Shown one piece after another: positions 1 to 10,383 of a DNA stretch of 64,000 nucleotides. The stretch lies in assembly GCA_963708025.1 (NCBI GenBank), contig CAVPSB010000021.1, positions 1 through 64,000 of the forward strand. Reading direction: 5' to 3'. The notes beneath the pieces are model-generated. The model searched no databases and was not told the DNA's origin. It worked only from the letters and a program-made list of their open reading frames with translations. This DNA is from an uncultured Candidatus Rokubacteria bacterium. Lineage in GTDB: Bacteria > Methylomirabilota > Methylomirabilia > Rokubacteriales > DASRDR01. The stretch's first letter is position 1, and the number at the start of each line of letters is the position of its first letter. Position numbers and translations under genes: made by a program.

Positions 1-2
1 GG

Positions 3-2252
3 AAGATGCAGGAGAAGGTGACTGGGAAGATCCTGACGCTGGACCGCGCGCTGGAGCCGACGCTGCCCGCCCTCCTTTCGCTCCTGGATGTGCCGGTCGA
101 GGAGGCCGCCTGGCGGACGCTCGACCCGTCCCAGCGTCGGCAGCGCACGCTGGATGCGCTCAAGAGGCTCCTCCTGCGAGAGGCCCAGGGTCAGCCGGTG
201 CTCGTCGTCTTCGAGGACCTTCATTGGATCGACGGCGAGACGCAAGCGCTTCTCGACGGCTTGGTCGAGAGCCTTCCGGCCGCGCGGCTGATGCTCCTGG
301 TGAACTACCGCCCGGAGTACGAACACCGCTGGGGCAGCAAGACCTACTACACGCAGCTGCGCCTGGACCCGCTGCCACCGGAGAGTGCCGGGGAGCTCCT
401 CCAGGCGTTGCTCGGCGGCGACCCGAGCCTCCAGCCGCTGACTCGACTCCTCATCGAGCGCACCGAGGGGAATCCGTTCTTCCTGGAGGAGAGCGTCCGC
501 ACCCTGGTCGAGACGGGCGCGCTCATCGGGGGGCGAGGCGCCTACCGGCTGGGCACGCCCGCGGCGGTCATCCAGGTGCCGGCGACGGTGCAGGCCGTGC
601 TGGCTGCCCGGATCGACCGACTGCCACCGGAGGAGAAGCGGCTCCTTCAGACCTCCGCCGTCATCGGGAAGGACGTGCCCGAAGCCGTGCTCCAGGCCGT
701 CGCCGAGATGCGCGAGGAGGACCTTCGGCGGGGGCTCGCACACCTCCAGGCGGCAGAATTCCTGTACGAGACGAGCCTCTTCCCCGAGCTGGTGTACACG
801 TTCAAGCACGCGCTGACCCAGGAAGTGTCGTACGGGAGCCTGCTGCACGACCGGCGACGGGCGTTGCATGCTCGAGTCCTGGCCGCCATGGAAGACGCGG
901 GCTACGGCCGGCTCTCGCTGAACACGGAGCGGCTTGCACACCACGCGCTGAAGGGCGAGGAATGGGCCCGGGCCGCGCAGTATCTCCATCTCGCCGGTCG
1001 GCGGGCCATCGCGGAAGTGCGATTTCCAAGTGCCATCGGCTTCTACGAGGCCGCGATCCGAGCTCTGGACCAACAGGGCGAAGATGCCGACCTGGCACTG
1101 AAACTCGATGCCTATCTCGAGCTCGGTACCGCACGAACCGAATCCGGCCAGCTCGAGGGGTACAAAGAGTTGTTGGCCCAAGCCGACGCGCTGGCGCGGG
1201 CACTGAATGACCGCGAGCGACTCGCCCAGGTCCGCGTGAGACAGGCCCAGGGTCTGTGGAACCTGTGGTCGGGGCCGGGCAACCTGAATGGCGCGATCGA
1301 GGTGGCGCGGGAGGCGTTCGCGCTGGCGGCTCCTGATGACCTCAGGACGCGCAGCTATGCGCAGTTCCTCGTGGGCGCCGCCTCCCTCGCCCGTGGAAGC
1401 TTCCAGGACGCAGTCCAGGAGTTCGACGCCGGCGTGGCCCTGTTCACCGCGGTGCCGGTTGACGCGGAGGCGGCCGGGCTGGTTCTCCCCATCCGGGGGA
1501 GCATCCGGGGCTGGGAGGCCGAGGCGTACGCCGCGCTCGGTGAGTTCGGACCAGCCCTTGCTGCGGCGGACGAGGCCCAGCGAATCGCGAGCCAGTTGCG
1601 CCACACTTCGACCGATGGGCTCGCCGGGGCGTTCTCGGGCAACGTCCTCCTGATGCGGGGCCAGCTTGAAGCCGCCGCGCGCGCGTTCGAGCGCGGACTT
1701 GCCAGCGGGCGGTTTGTCTCGGCCAACTCACTGGGCCTCGCAACCTCCCACCTCTTGCTGGGCCGGCGCGCTGACGGTATGAGAACACTGGCGCGGGCCT
1801 TCGAGATCATGGGCGACCCACTCGGGCCACAGTCGAAGATCCTCACCCGGTACGGGTTCCTTGCCGCGGGGGCGTATCTGGCGGCTGGGCTGCTAGAAGA
1901 AGCGGCAGCGGACGCGGCTCGAGGGCTCGCACTCGCGACGGTGGACAACGCGCGAGCGTACCACGTGCCCCTCGGCCGGATCCGCGCCGAGGCGCTCGCC
2001 CTCCAGGGCAAAGAGCCTCGCCGCGATGAGGCACTCTCGGGCTGGGGCCGGCTCATCGAACTCGCGACGGAACTGTCGATGCGTCCGGAGCTGGCCCACT
2101 GCCACCTCGGCCTCGGCAAGCTCTACCGTCGCACCGGTGACGGCGTGAAGGGCCAGGAGCACCTGACCACCGCCGCGACGCTGTACCGCGAGATGGACAT
2201 GGGCTTCTGGCTGGCGCAGGCGGAGGCGGCTGAGGCGACGATCGGAAACTAG
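3..2252 (+). CDS. STAND-type AAA ATPase with TPR-like C-terminus (adenylate/guanylate cyclase-associated family), 5'-truncated by the window edge
   Basis: Walker B VFEDLHWID, RTEGNPFFLEE, VPATVQAVLAARIDRL and YTFKHALTQEV motifs, followed by helical repeats. The frame is open to the window edge. Confidence 0.85.
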   Translation, partial: KMQEKVTGKILTLDRALEPTLPALLSLLDVPVEEAAWRTLDPSQRRQRTLDALKRLLLREAQGQPVLVVFEDLHWIDGETQALLDGLVESLPAARLMLLVNYRPEYEHRWGSKTYYTQLRLDPLPPESAGELLQALLGGDPSLQPLTRLLIERTEGNPFFLEESVRTLVETGALIGGRGAYRLGTPAAVIQVPATVQAVLAARIDRLPPEEKRLLQTSAVIGKDVPEAVLQAVAEMREEDLRRGLAHLQAAEFLYETSLFPELVYTFKHALTQEVSYGSLLHDRRRALHARVLAAMEDAGYGRLSLNTERLAHHALKGEEWARAAQYLHLAGRRAIAEVRFPSAIGFYEAAIRALDQQGEDADLALKLDAYLELGTARTESGQLEGYKELLAQADALARALNDRERLAQVRVRQAQGLWNLWSGPGNLNGAIEVAREAFALAAPDDLRTRSYAQFLVGAASLARGSFQDAVQEFDAGVALFTAVPVDAEAAGLVLPIRGSIRGWEAEAYAALGEFGPALAAADEAQRIASQLRHTSTDGLAGAFSGNVLLMRGQLEAAARAFERGLASGRFVSANSLGLATSHLLLGRRADGMRTLARAFEIMGDPLGPQSKILTRYGFLAAGAYLAAGLLEEAAADAARGLALATVDNARAYHVPLGRIRAEALALQGKEPRRDEALSGWGRLIELATELSMRPELAHCHLGLGKLYRRTGDGVKGQEHLTTAATLYREMDMGFWLAQAEAAEATIGN

Positions 2253-2589
2253 GGGAGGCGAACGGCGATCGCCCTCGAGGTCATACTCGCCCGTCTCCCG
2301 TCGCACCCCTTTGGGGACAATGGGCAGGCGGCCGATCACGGGTTACTCGGCTGGGGACCGGCCAGGCTGACAGGGGGGCAGGAAGAAACGCGCTGACGCC
2401 ACGCCGCTCGCTTCATCCTCCGCCAGCTACGGAGTCGTGATCGCTCTCGGTGGCGCGCTGAATGGGCTAGGCCGTGGAACGGCCGCGACGGCGAAGGTCC
2501 CGATCCCGAGCCACGCCGTCCACGTCGGGGCTATTGGCGTCCTGCGTCTGAAACCGTCAACGGGTCGCTCACTCGAATCGGCTCGACGC

Positions 2590-5500
2590 CTACGCCGATC
2601 CGGTCAGATCGTACAGCGGTCGGACGGCGGGGGCTTGGTCCAGACTCGTGCGGAGCCTTTGATCTCTCAAGGTTCCTTTCACGCGGTCAACGACATCGCG
2701 CGCAGCGCGGTAGGCCTCACGGGCCAAGTCATGCCGCCCCCGTGCCGCATGGAGCCGTCCCAACGCCGCGCGCGTCGTCCAGATCTGCGTCGGGTTGCCG
2801 ATCGCCTCGGCGATGGTAAGGGCCTGCTGGTAGGCCGTCTCGGCATCGTCCTGCTGTCGCCGGGCGAGGGCGATGTGGCCCCGGAGGCGCCACCCCTTCG
2901 CCAGGTTCTTTCTTGAGTTCGTGCGCGTCGCGAGATCCAGGCAGCGGTCGCCAAACTCCGTCGCGCGGTCGGGGTCGCCGCGGGCCAGCCACAGCTCCCC
3001 CAAGCTCGCGAACAGCCTCATCGAGTAGCGCCAGCGCATCCACTGGCTGGTGCGCGGGTTGTCCCAGAAGCGATACGCGCTCTCGAGGTGCTCTGCGGCC
3101 TCGGCGAGATCCCCCTTCGCGAGGTAGACCTCTCCGAGGTTGACCTCGGCGTTCGGGAACGTCCCAGGGTCGTCCCGCCGCCGACCCACCTCGGCGCTCT
3201 GGCGATTGAGATCGATGGCCCCGTCGAGATCTCCCAGTTCCGCATGCAGCCAGCCGAGACAGTTGAGCAGGCGGTGGTGGATCGCCTCGTCGCCGACCTT
3301 CTCGGCAAAGCTCAACCCCTCTCGGAACAGTGTCAGCGCGGCCTCGTAGTCGCCCTTGCCGGTGAGCGTCATCCCGTGGATGAAGAAGTTGAAGAGGAGG
3401 GGGACGAGGAGGTGATGCTCCCGGGCCAGGACCAGGCCTTCGGCCTGGAGCCGCGATGCGGCGTCGTACTCCCCTTCCCAGTTCTTCAGGACCCCCGCGA
3501 CGGACAGCGACAGGGACCGGGTGGCCCACTCGCGGCTGGAGAGGCTGGTCACCAGCGCCTGGTCGATCGCGCCCCTGGCCTCGTCGAGGCCGCCGCTCAC
3601 GGCGCGCACGAACCCGATGGTGAATTGCGCGCGGGCCATGGTGGCGCCACCGCCCGGCCCCGCCACCCTAATCGCCTCCCGGGCGTGCGCCACGGAGCCG
3701 TCGAGGTCGCGCGCCCACATCGCCGCCCAGCCGATGGCAGCCAGCGCCTTGGCTTCGCGCGCCCGATCCCCGATTTGGCGGGCGAGGACCATCACCCGCT
3801 CGGCCTCGGCCCGTGATCGGTCGAACTCGCTCAGGACGAAGTACAGCGCCGCCCTCGCCTCGTGAATCTCGCTGACGGCTCCCGGATCCGCCAGCCCGCC
3901 CGGGCGGCCGGCCGCCTCGAGGGCCTGGTCGTACAGCGTGAGCGCCTCACGAACGGCGAACGCGCGCGCAGCCTTCGCGGCCGCCCTCACGAGGTACGTG
4001 AGCGCCTTCGGCCACTCCCCGGCCTTCGAGAAGTGGTGGGCCAGGACCTCCTCCTGCCCGGGCAGACGGTCCGCGTAGAGCTCTTCGATCGCGAGCCCGA
4101 CCCGTCGATGGAGGTCAGCTCGGCGCGCGGGGTCGAGCGAGCCGTACACGACCTCGTGCGTCAGCGCGTGGGTGAACGCATACGTGAGCTCGGGGAAGGG
4201 GCTCTTCTCCTGCACCAGCTCGGCGGCCGTGAGCTCGCGGAGCGGGCCGTCGCTCCCCTCGGGGGACTCGACAACGCGATCGACGAGCCGTCGGCTGAAC
4301 TCCCGGCCGATCACCGACGCCACCTCGAGGATCTGCCGCGAGGCGTCGCCCAGTCGCTGAATGCGCGCCCGGACCACGTCGTGGATCGTGACCGGCACGA
4401 CGAGCGCCTCGAGGTCATGCACCACGACCAGCTCGCTCCCCTCACGACGCAGCGCCTCCGTCTCCTGGAGCGAGCGCAACACCTCCTCCACGAAGAACGG
4501 GTTCCCCTCGGTCCGGCGGACCAGGAGCGCCTGCAGGGCTTCCGGGAGCTCATCGGCCGACAAGAGCCCCCGCGCCATCGTGGCACTGTCGGCCGCCGAG
4601 AGGGCCGCCAGGGTGAGTCGCGTGTGGAAGATCCGGTCGCCGAGCGGCGGCGCGTATCCCGGCCGGTGCGTCACGATCATGAGGCTCCGGTGGGCCACGA
4701 GACTGTCCGCCAGCGCCGCGATGAACTCCTCCGTGGCTCGGTCCGCCCAGTGCAGGTCTTCCCAGACCACGATGATCGGTCGGCGCTCGGCGCTGCGCAC
4801 GAGCTGCCGTCGCATCGCGTCGAAGATCTCCGCCCGCCGGAGCTTCGGGTCCAGCTGGAGGACCCCGGCGTCGGCGGGATCGATCGACAGCAGGTGTCGC
4901 ACGAACGGAAGCCCGGGCCGAAGGTCCTCGCCGAGCTGGAGCACCGCTCGCTCGATCTTCTCGATGATCAGCGCCGGAGGGTCAGCCTCGTCGATCCCGA
5001 ACGCGTGGCGGACGAGGTCGATGAGCGGGTGGAACGGGATCGTATGGCCGACGGACAGTGCGTGCCCCTCCATCCACGTCGCCCCTTCGCGGACGCGACG
5101 CCGGAACTCCCGCAGGAGCCGGGACTTGCCAATGCCCGGCTCCCCGACGATCGACACGAGCTGCCCATGACCCGCGCGAGCCTGGTCGAGGCGCTCGCGG
5201 AGCAGCCCCAGCTCGGCCTCGCGGCCCACGAACGCGGTGAGCCCGTGCTCGAAATCGCGCGCGCCGACGAGCCGACGCCCGCCGGCCGCGGGCCCCATCC
5301 CGGCACTGATCGGGACCAGCTCGAACCGCCGGGCCAGCAGAGCTGCCGTCTGGGGGCTCACCGCCACCGTGCCCGTCTCGGCCTGCTCCCCCAGCGCCTC
5401 CAGGACGGCCCAGGCGGGGCGCTTGGCATCCCCATCGACGGCCATTCCCTCGCGATGTCGACCGACCCGGGTCAGCTCGGTGTGGAGCGCGAGGGTCACC

Positions 5501-6863
5501 GCGGGCCGGGTCGGGTTCTCCTCTCGCGCCCTGGAGGCGATCTTCTGGATCGCGACCGCGGCAAAGGCGGCGTGCTCCACCGCGTCCTCCACCGGCGTCA
5601 GGCCGAAGGCCGCGATCAGGCCCGTCGCGCTCAGCTCGTCCACGACGCCGCCGAAGCTCTGGACCTTGTCGACGATGGCTTCCATGGCTCGGCTGAGCTC
5701 AGACGACCCACACTCCTGTCCGGACGATCCGAGCCGCGCCCGCAGAAAAGTCACGCGTCGCGACTCCCAGCGGATCCTTGTCGGCGCGGCACTCGCCGGG
5801 GGCACGGAAGGCAGCGCGGGCGCCTGCTCTGCTGGTTCGGCCGGCTCGGTGACCTCGCGGATCCCTGGGCGGCGGGGAGCCGGGCTCCCAGAGCCCAGCC
5901 CGTGCTTTTCCATCCGGTAGCGCAGGGTATTCCGCGGGACTCCAAGCTGGGCGGCCGCCCGCGAGATGTTCCATCTGGCCGCGCGGAGTATGGTGAGGAG
6001 ACGGTCCCGTTCCGCTTCCGTCTCCGCCTCGCGGGCCGCGCGCCGCTCCTCCGCACCGCTCGGCGACCTCGCATCGAGGCCGCCGCGGGGCGGCAGCCCC
6101 AGCATCTCCGGGGTCACGGCGGCTCCCTCCGAGAGTAGCGCTACCCGTTCCATCACGTTTCCCAGTTCCCGGACATGACCAGGCCACGGGTGGGCGAGTA
6201 GCATGGCCCGCGCCTCACGGGTCAGCGTCTTGAGCGGCAGCCCGTACGCCTCGCAGGCGCGTCGAAGGAAGTGCTCGGCCAGGCGCAGGATGTCCTCGCC
6301 CCGCTCGCGGAGCGGCGGCAGTCGGAGCGTGACCACCGCGAGTCGGTGATAGAGGTCCTCCCGGAAGCGCCGCGCTCGGACGGCCCCGTCCAGGTCCTCG
6401 CTGGTGGCGGCGATCAGCCACAGGTTGACCGCCTCGCTCCGCGTGCCTCCTAGCCGCCGCACCGTGCGCTCCTCGAGCACCTTGAGGAGCTTCGCCTGGA
6501 GGCTTTCCGGAAGGAGGCCCACCTCGTCGAGGAACAGCGTCCCCCCTGAGCCGCCTGAAAGAGCCCCACCTTGGCCTGCCGGGCATCCGTGAACGCCCCC
6601 CGCTCGAATCCGAACAGCTCGGCTTCGAGCAGGGTCTCGGGGATGGCCGCGCAGTTGACGTCGATGAACGGCCCCGCGGCCCGCGGGCCAGCCCGGTGAA
6701 TCACGCTTGCGAGCAGGCCCTTGCCGGTCCCGGTCTCTCCGAGGATGAGGATCGGCGGCAGGCGGCGTAAGCCCACGGCCTGTCGCTCGAGCAGGCGCGT
6801 GACCTGGTCGCGGATCGCCACGATCCCGGGGCTCTCGCCAAAGATCTCTTTCAGCGCCGGCAC
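2590..6863 (-). CDS. Giant sigma-54 enhancer-binding protein: AAA activator + Fis HTH + degenerate cyclase-like domain + STAND ATPase + TPR; one frameshift at ~6541-6546
   Basis: GETGTGK, NCAAIPETLLEAELFG and GAFTDA motifs. Restoring one base in the C6 run gives GGTLFLDEVG. Then FREDLYHRL, WPGHVREL, HTH WNISRAAAQLGVPRNTLRYR, a second Walker A GEPGIGKS, and WEDLHWAD. GTG start has a GGAG RBS. Confidence 0.85.
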
Positions 6864-6976
6864 GTCTCCAATCCTAACGCGCCGGCCGGGTGTCGAACAC
6901 TGCCGAAATCCGCCGGTCTTCGGCGCTGCGGGCCCCCGGGTTGCGGGTAAGTGACCGAGTTTCAAGGCGTTCGAGT

Positions 6977-6991
6977 TGGCACTCCTATTGC
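6977..6991 (+). promoter_or_regulatory. sigma-54 (-24/-12) promoter upstream of the mtoX operon
   Basis: TGGCAC-TCCTA-TTGC matches TGGCAC-N5-TTGC exactly. It lies in the divergent intergenic region beside a sigma-54 activator gene. Confidence 0.85.
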
Positions 6992-7051
6992 CCCTCGAAA
7001 TGCGGAAACAGGATCCCGGCGGGACCCAAAGCCGGGGGAAGGGAGCGAGCG

Positions 7052-7216
7052 ATGCGCAACGGTCCACGAGGCATCGACCGAGTGCTGGGCTATCTGGGTC
7101 TGCTCCTCATCGGCACCCTGGACTGGGCCGCCGACCGTATCCATGTCGGGCCGACGGTGTTTCGGGGGACTGCCCATCCACCCATCGCACATGCCTCAAG
7201 GAGGGCTCACGCATGA
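7052..7216 (+). CDS. Possible 54-aa small protein upstream of mtoX
   Basis: ATG with a GGGAG RBS ~60 nt after the sigma-54 promoter. Contains the hydrophobic stretch VLGYLGLLLIGTL. Its stop overlaps the mtoX start (ATGA). Confidence 0.4.
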   Translation: MRNGPRGIDRVLGYLGLLLIGTLDWAADRIHVGPTVFRGTAHPPIAHASRRAHA

Positions 7217-8538
7217 AGACCGTACGGAGAGACAGACTCACCTGGTACGCCGCCACGGTGGCGATCGCGATCGTGCTCACGGTCGTCGGCCGCCCGGTGT
7301 GGGCGGACGAGACATGCCAATCGCCCTACATGCCCAAGATCACCGGGGAGGAAGAGTTCGTCTACGTCTGGACCCTCGGCGTCGAGGGTCTTGGTGACGG
7401 GTCGGACAAACTGGTCACGGTGGACGCCCGGCGCGGGTCGCCGACCTTCGGGCAGGTGATCCATACCATCTCGGTAGGTGGACGCCACGAGGCCCATCAC
7501 GCCGACTTCACGGATGACCGGCGCCACCTCTGGGCGAGCGGCCTCGACACGAGCCAGATCTTCGTATTCGACGTGCACACCGATCCGGCGAAGCCGCGCC
7601 TCGTGAAGACGATCGACGACTTCGTCCAGGCGTCCGGTGGCGTGGTGGGTCCACACGGCTTCTACGCCCTGCCCGGCCGCATGCTGATCGGCGGTCTGTC
7701 CAATGCGAAGGACCAGACAGGCCGCACAGCCCTCGTCGAATACACCAACGAAGGCGGGTACATTGCCACCCACTGGATGCCGACCGACGCGGCTCCGCTG
7801 GGAGCCGTCGTCGAGAAGGTCGCAGACGGCTACGGCTACGACGCCCGCGTCCTGCCCCGGAAGAACGTCATGTTCACGACGTCGTTCACCGGGCGGTCGA
7901 ACTACCTCATGGATTTCGGCCAGATGCTGAAGGACGAGGCGGCCATGAAGCGGTTTGGCCAGACCGCCGTGGTGTGGAACTTCCATACCCGCCAACCGAA
8001 GAAGGTCTTCCACGTGCCAGGGGCGCCGCTCGAGGTGCGGGTGGCGTGGGGGCCGACACACAACTACGCCTTCACCACGACCGCCCTGACCTCCCAGATC
8101 TGGCTCATCTACGAGGACGAGCGGGGCGAGTGGCAGGCCAAGGCCGTCGCCGACATCGGCGACCCGAAGAAGATCCCGCTGCCGGTGGACATCAGCCTCT
8201 CGGTCGACGACCGGATCCTCTGGGTCAACTCGTTCATGGACGGGATGGCTCGGGCCTTCGACGTCTCCGACCCGTTCCACCCGAAGCCGATCTACGAAAA
8301 GCAGATCGGCCGCCAGCTCAACATGGTCTCCCAGAGCTGGGATGGCAAGCGTCTCTACTTCACGAGCTCGCTCCTGGCTCACTGGGACAAGCAGGGCGCG
8401 GACAACGAGCAGTTCCTGAAGGCGTACACCTGGGACGGCCAGGAGCTCCGAGACCGCTTCGCGCTCGACTTCACGGCGCTCAAGCTCGGACGACCACACG
8501 TGATGCGGTTCGGCAGCCGCGAGCTCTATCGGAACTGA
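7213..8538 (+). CDS. mtoX: Methanethiol oxidase-like protein / selenium-binding protein SBP56 family, secreted
   Basis: Signal peptide, then DETCQSPY...VWTLG, GSDKLVT, EAHHADFTDDRR, GPHGFYALPGRM, VPGAPLE, PLPVDIS, NMVSQSWDGKR and WDKQG, all typical of bacterial MtoX. Confidence 0.9.
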   Translation: MKTVRRDRLTWYAATVAIAIVLTVVGRPVWADETCQSPYMPKITGEEEFVYVWTLGVEGLGDGSDKLVTVDARRGSPTFGQVIHTISVGGRHEAHHADFTDDRRHLWASGLDTSQIFVFDVHTDPAKPRLVKTIDDFVQASGGVVGPHGFYALPGRMLIGGLSNAKDQTGRTALVEYTNEGGYIATHWMPTDAAPLGAVVEKVADGYGYDARVLPRKNVMFTTSFTGRSNYLMDFGQMLKDEAAMKRFGQTAVVWNFHTRQPKKVFHVPGAPLEVRVAWGPTHNYAFTTTALTSQIWLIYEDERGEWQAKAVADIGDPKKIPLPVDISLSVDDRILWVNSFMDGMARAFDVSDPFHPKPIYEKQIGRQLNMVSQSWDGKRLYFTSSLLAHWDKQGADNEQFLKAYTWDGQELRDRFALDFTALKLGRPHVMRFGSRELYRN

Positions 8539-8545
8539 CCCCGCC

Positions 8546-8573
8546 GGGCGCCAGGCGCCGGCGCCTGGCGCCC
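8546..8573. repeat. Perfect 28-bp palindrome between mtoX and the SCO gene
   Basis: GGGCGCCAGGCGCCGGCGCCTGGCGCCC equals its own reverse complement. It starts 7 nt after the mtoX stop and has no U-tract. Confidence 0.8.
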
Positions 8574-8603
8574 TCGAGGTCGAACGTCGAGGGGAGAGAC
8601 GAC

Positions 8604-9338
8604 ATGCGCACCACCCGGATCGCTCACGTGACCGTCCTCGCGACCGTGGCCATGGCGGTGGTCGGCGCGCCCGGCCCGGGCGCCTGGGGCCACCCCGGGC
8701 AGTCGCACGGGAGGCCGCCCGAGCCGTCGGCGGTCGAGGCCTCATTCGGGCGCCGCGTCGAGTTCGACGCCCCCGCGCCGGGGAGCTATCGGCTGCCCGT
8801 CATCAAGCCCGCGCCGGACGGGGCAGTGCTCGACGCGGGCGGCGTCGAGCGCCGCTTGCACCAGCTGATGGCCGGCAAGGTCGTCGCCCTGAGCTTCGTC
8901 TACACTCAGTGCAGCGACGCGCGGGGCTGTCCCCTCGCGACCGCCGTCCTCTCCCAGATCCACCAGGCGAGTGCATCAGACCCGGCGCTCGCCGAGCACC
9001 TCAAGCTCATCACCCTGAGCTTCGATCCGGCGCACGACACCCCGGCGGTGATGGCGCGCTATGCCCGTCCACGCGACCCCGCGGCTCGGGCAAGCGAGTG
9101 GCAGCGCCTGACCACGGCTTCCGAGCGTGCCCTCGCCCCCATCCTCGCCGGCTACGGCCAGCTTGTCTCCCGGCCAACCGGCAGCCGGGCCGCCGGCCTG
9201 ACCCACCGCCTGCGCGTCTACCTCATCGACCCTCAGCAGCGGATCCGGAACATCTACGGGCTTGACTTCCTCGACCCGGGGCTCCTCCTAGCCGACGTCC
9301 GGACACTCCTCCTCGAGGAGCAGCGAGGTCGCCGGTGA
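8604..9338 (+). CDS. SCO1/SenC family copper chaperone
   Basis: Signal peptide, SFVYTQCSDARGCP, LSFDPAHDTP and H-x-LRVYLID. SCO genes are known neighbours of mtoX. Confidence 0.9.
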   Translation: MRTTRIAHVTVLATVAMAVVGAPGPGAWGHPGQSHGRPPEPSAVEASFGRRVEFDAPAPGSYRLPVIKPAPDGAVLDAGGVERRLHQLMAGKVVALSFVYTQCSDARGCPLATAVLSQIHQASASDPALAEHLKLITLSFDPAHDTPAVMARYARPRDPAARASEWQRLTTASERALAPILAGYGQLVSRPTGSRAAGLTHRLRVYLIDPQQRIRNIYGLDFLDPGLLLADVRTLLLEEQRGRR

Positions 9339-9437
9339 CGGCCCGGGCCGCGAGAGTCGGATTCCTCGGGTCACCCCACTCGTCACCGATGCGAGGCAAA
9401 ACGTCAGAGAGAGGTTCGGGCAGGAGGCCCCGGCCGA

Positions 9438-10337
9438 CTATTGGGACAGGACGAGCGAACACAGGCGCTGCTCGGCCCTGGCCCTCAGGTCGTCGAGCTT
9501 GAACATCGCGCCGAACTGTTCGAGCGCGAACGAGGCCGACACCGCGCCGTAACGGCCCGCTTGCCCCAGGTCGCCCGTCTCGGCCAGCCCGACCAGAAAG
9601 CCGCCACAGTACGCGTTCCCGGCACCCGTCACGTCCACGATGTTGGCGACGGGCACGGCGGGCACGGCCACCGGGGCCTCGCCCTGGCCGGCCACCAGAC
9701 TCCCCGCCTCTCCCATTCGCAGCACGGCCACCCGCACCCCGGCCTCCAGAAGCGCCGCCAGGACCTGCCACGGATCCTCGAGCCCGGTCAGACGCCGGGC
9801 TTGGAACAGATTGGGGGAGACCACGTCCAGCAGCGGGGCGAGCTCGCCGAACAGCGCTCGGTTCTGTGGCCGGCAAAAGACGTTCCACGGCTCCCAGAGG
9901 ATGTGGCGACAGCCAGCGGCCCGCAGGCGCGCCATCCACTCGCGGAGCGGGTCGGGCGCATCGCACTCGAGGCGGGCGCCCCTGGCGCCGGCATACTCCG
10001 CCGGCAATTCGTCCGGCCGCGGACACATGGCCATGAACAGGGCCACGTCGGTGCGGTCCACGTGGGTACGGCGACCGTCGTGCTCGTACAACTGCCAGGC
10101 CCGAGGGGACGGCGCGTCACGCCTCACCGGACCACTCAGGTCGAACGCCCGCGCCAGCTCTCGACGATCCGCTTCGGGGACGTCGCGGCCGAGGGCCGCC
10201 AGGAGCGCCACCGGCCCGCTCCACACGCGCATCCCCATCGCCGCGTGCGTCGCCCCTCCCCCGAGCACCCCCATGCGGGTCTGACCATCCGGCAGGACGA
10301 TGTCGTCAATGACGACCGAGCCGATCGACAGGAACAT
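9438..10337 (-). CDS. PfkB family carbohydrate kinase
   Basis: N-terminal LGGGATHAA and C-terminal VDVTGAGNAYCGGF signature. Confidence 0.9.
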   Translation of the reverse strand: MFLSIGSVVIDDIVLPDGQTRMGVLGGGATHAAMGMRVWSGPVALLAALGRDVPEADRRELARAFDLSGPVRRDAPSPRAWQLYEHDGRRTHVDRTDVALFMAMCPRPDELPAEYAGARGARLECDAPDPLREWMARLRAAGCRHILWEPWNVFCRPQNRALFGELAPLLDVVSPNLFQARRLTGLEDPWQVLAALLEAGVRVAVLRMGEAGSLVAGQGEAPVAVPAVPVANIVDVTGAGNAYCGGFLVGLAETGDLGQAGRYGAVSASFALEQFGAMFKLDDLRARAEQRLCSLVLSQ

Positions 10338-10383
10338 TCCACGCTCTCTCGAATTCCGCCGTCGAGGCGTCTGTCGGCCCCCG

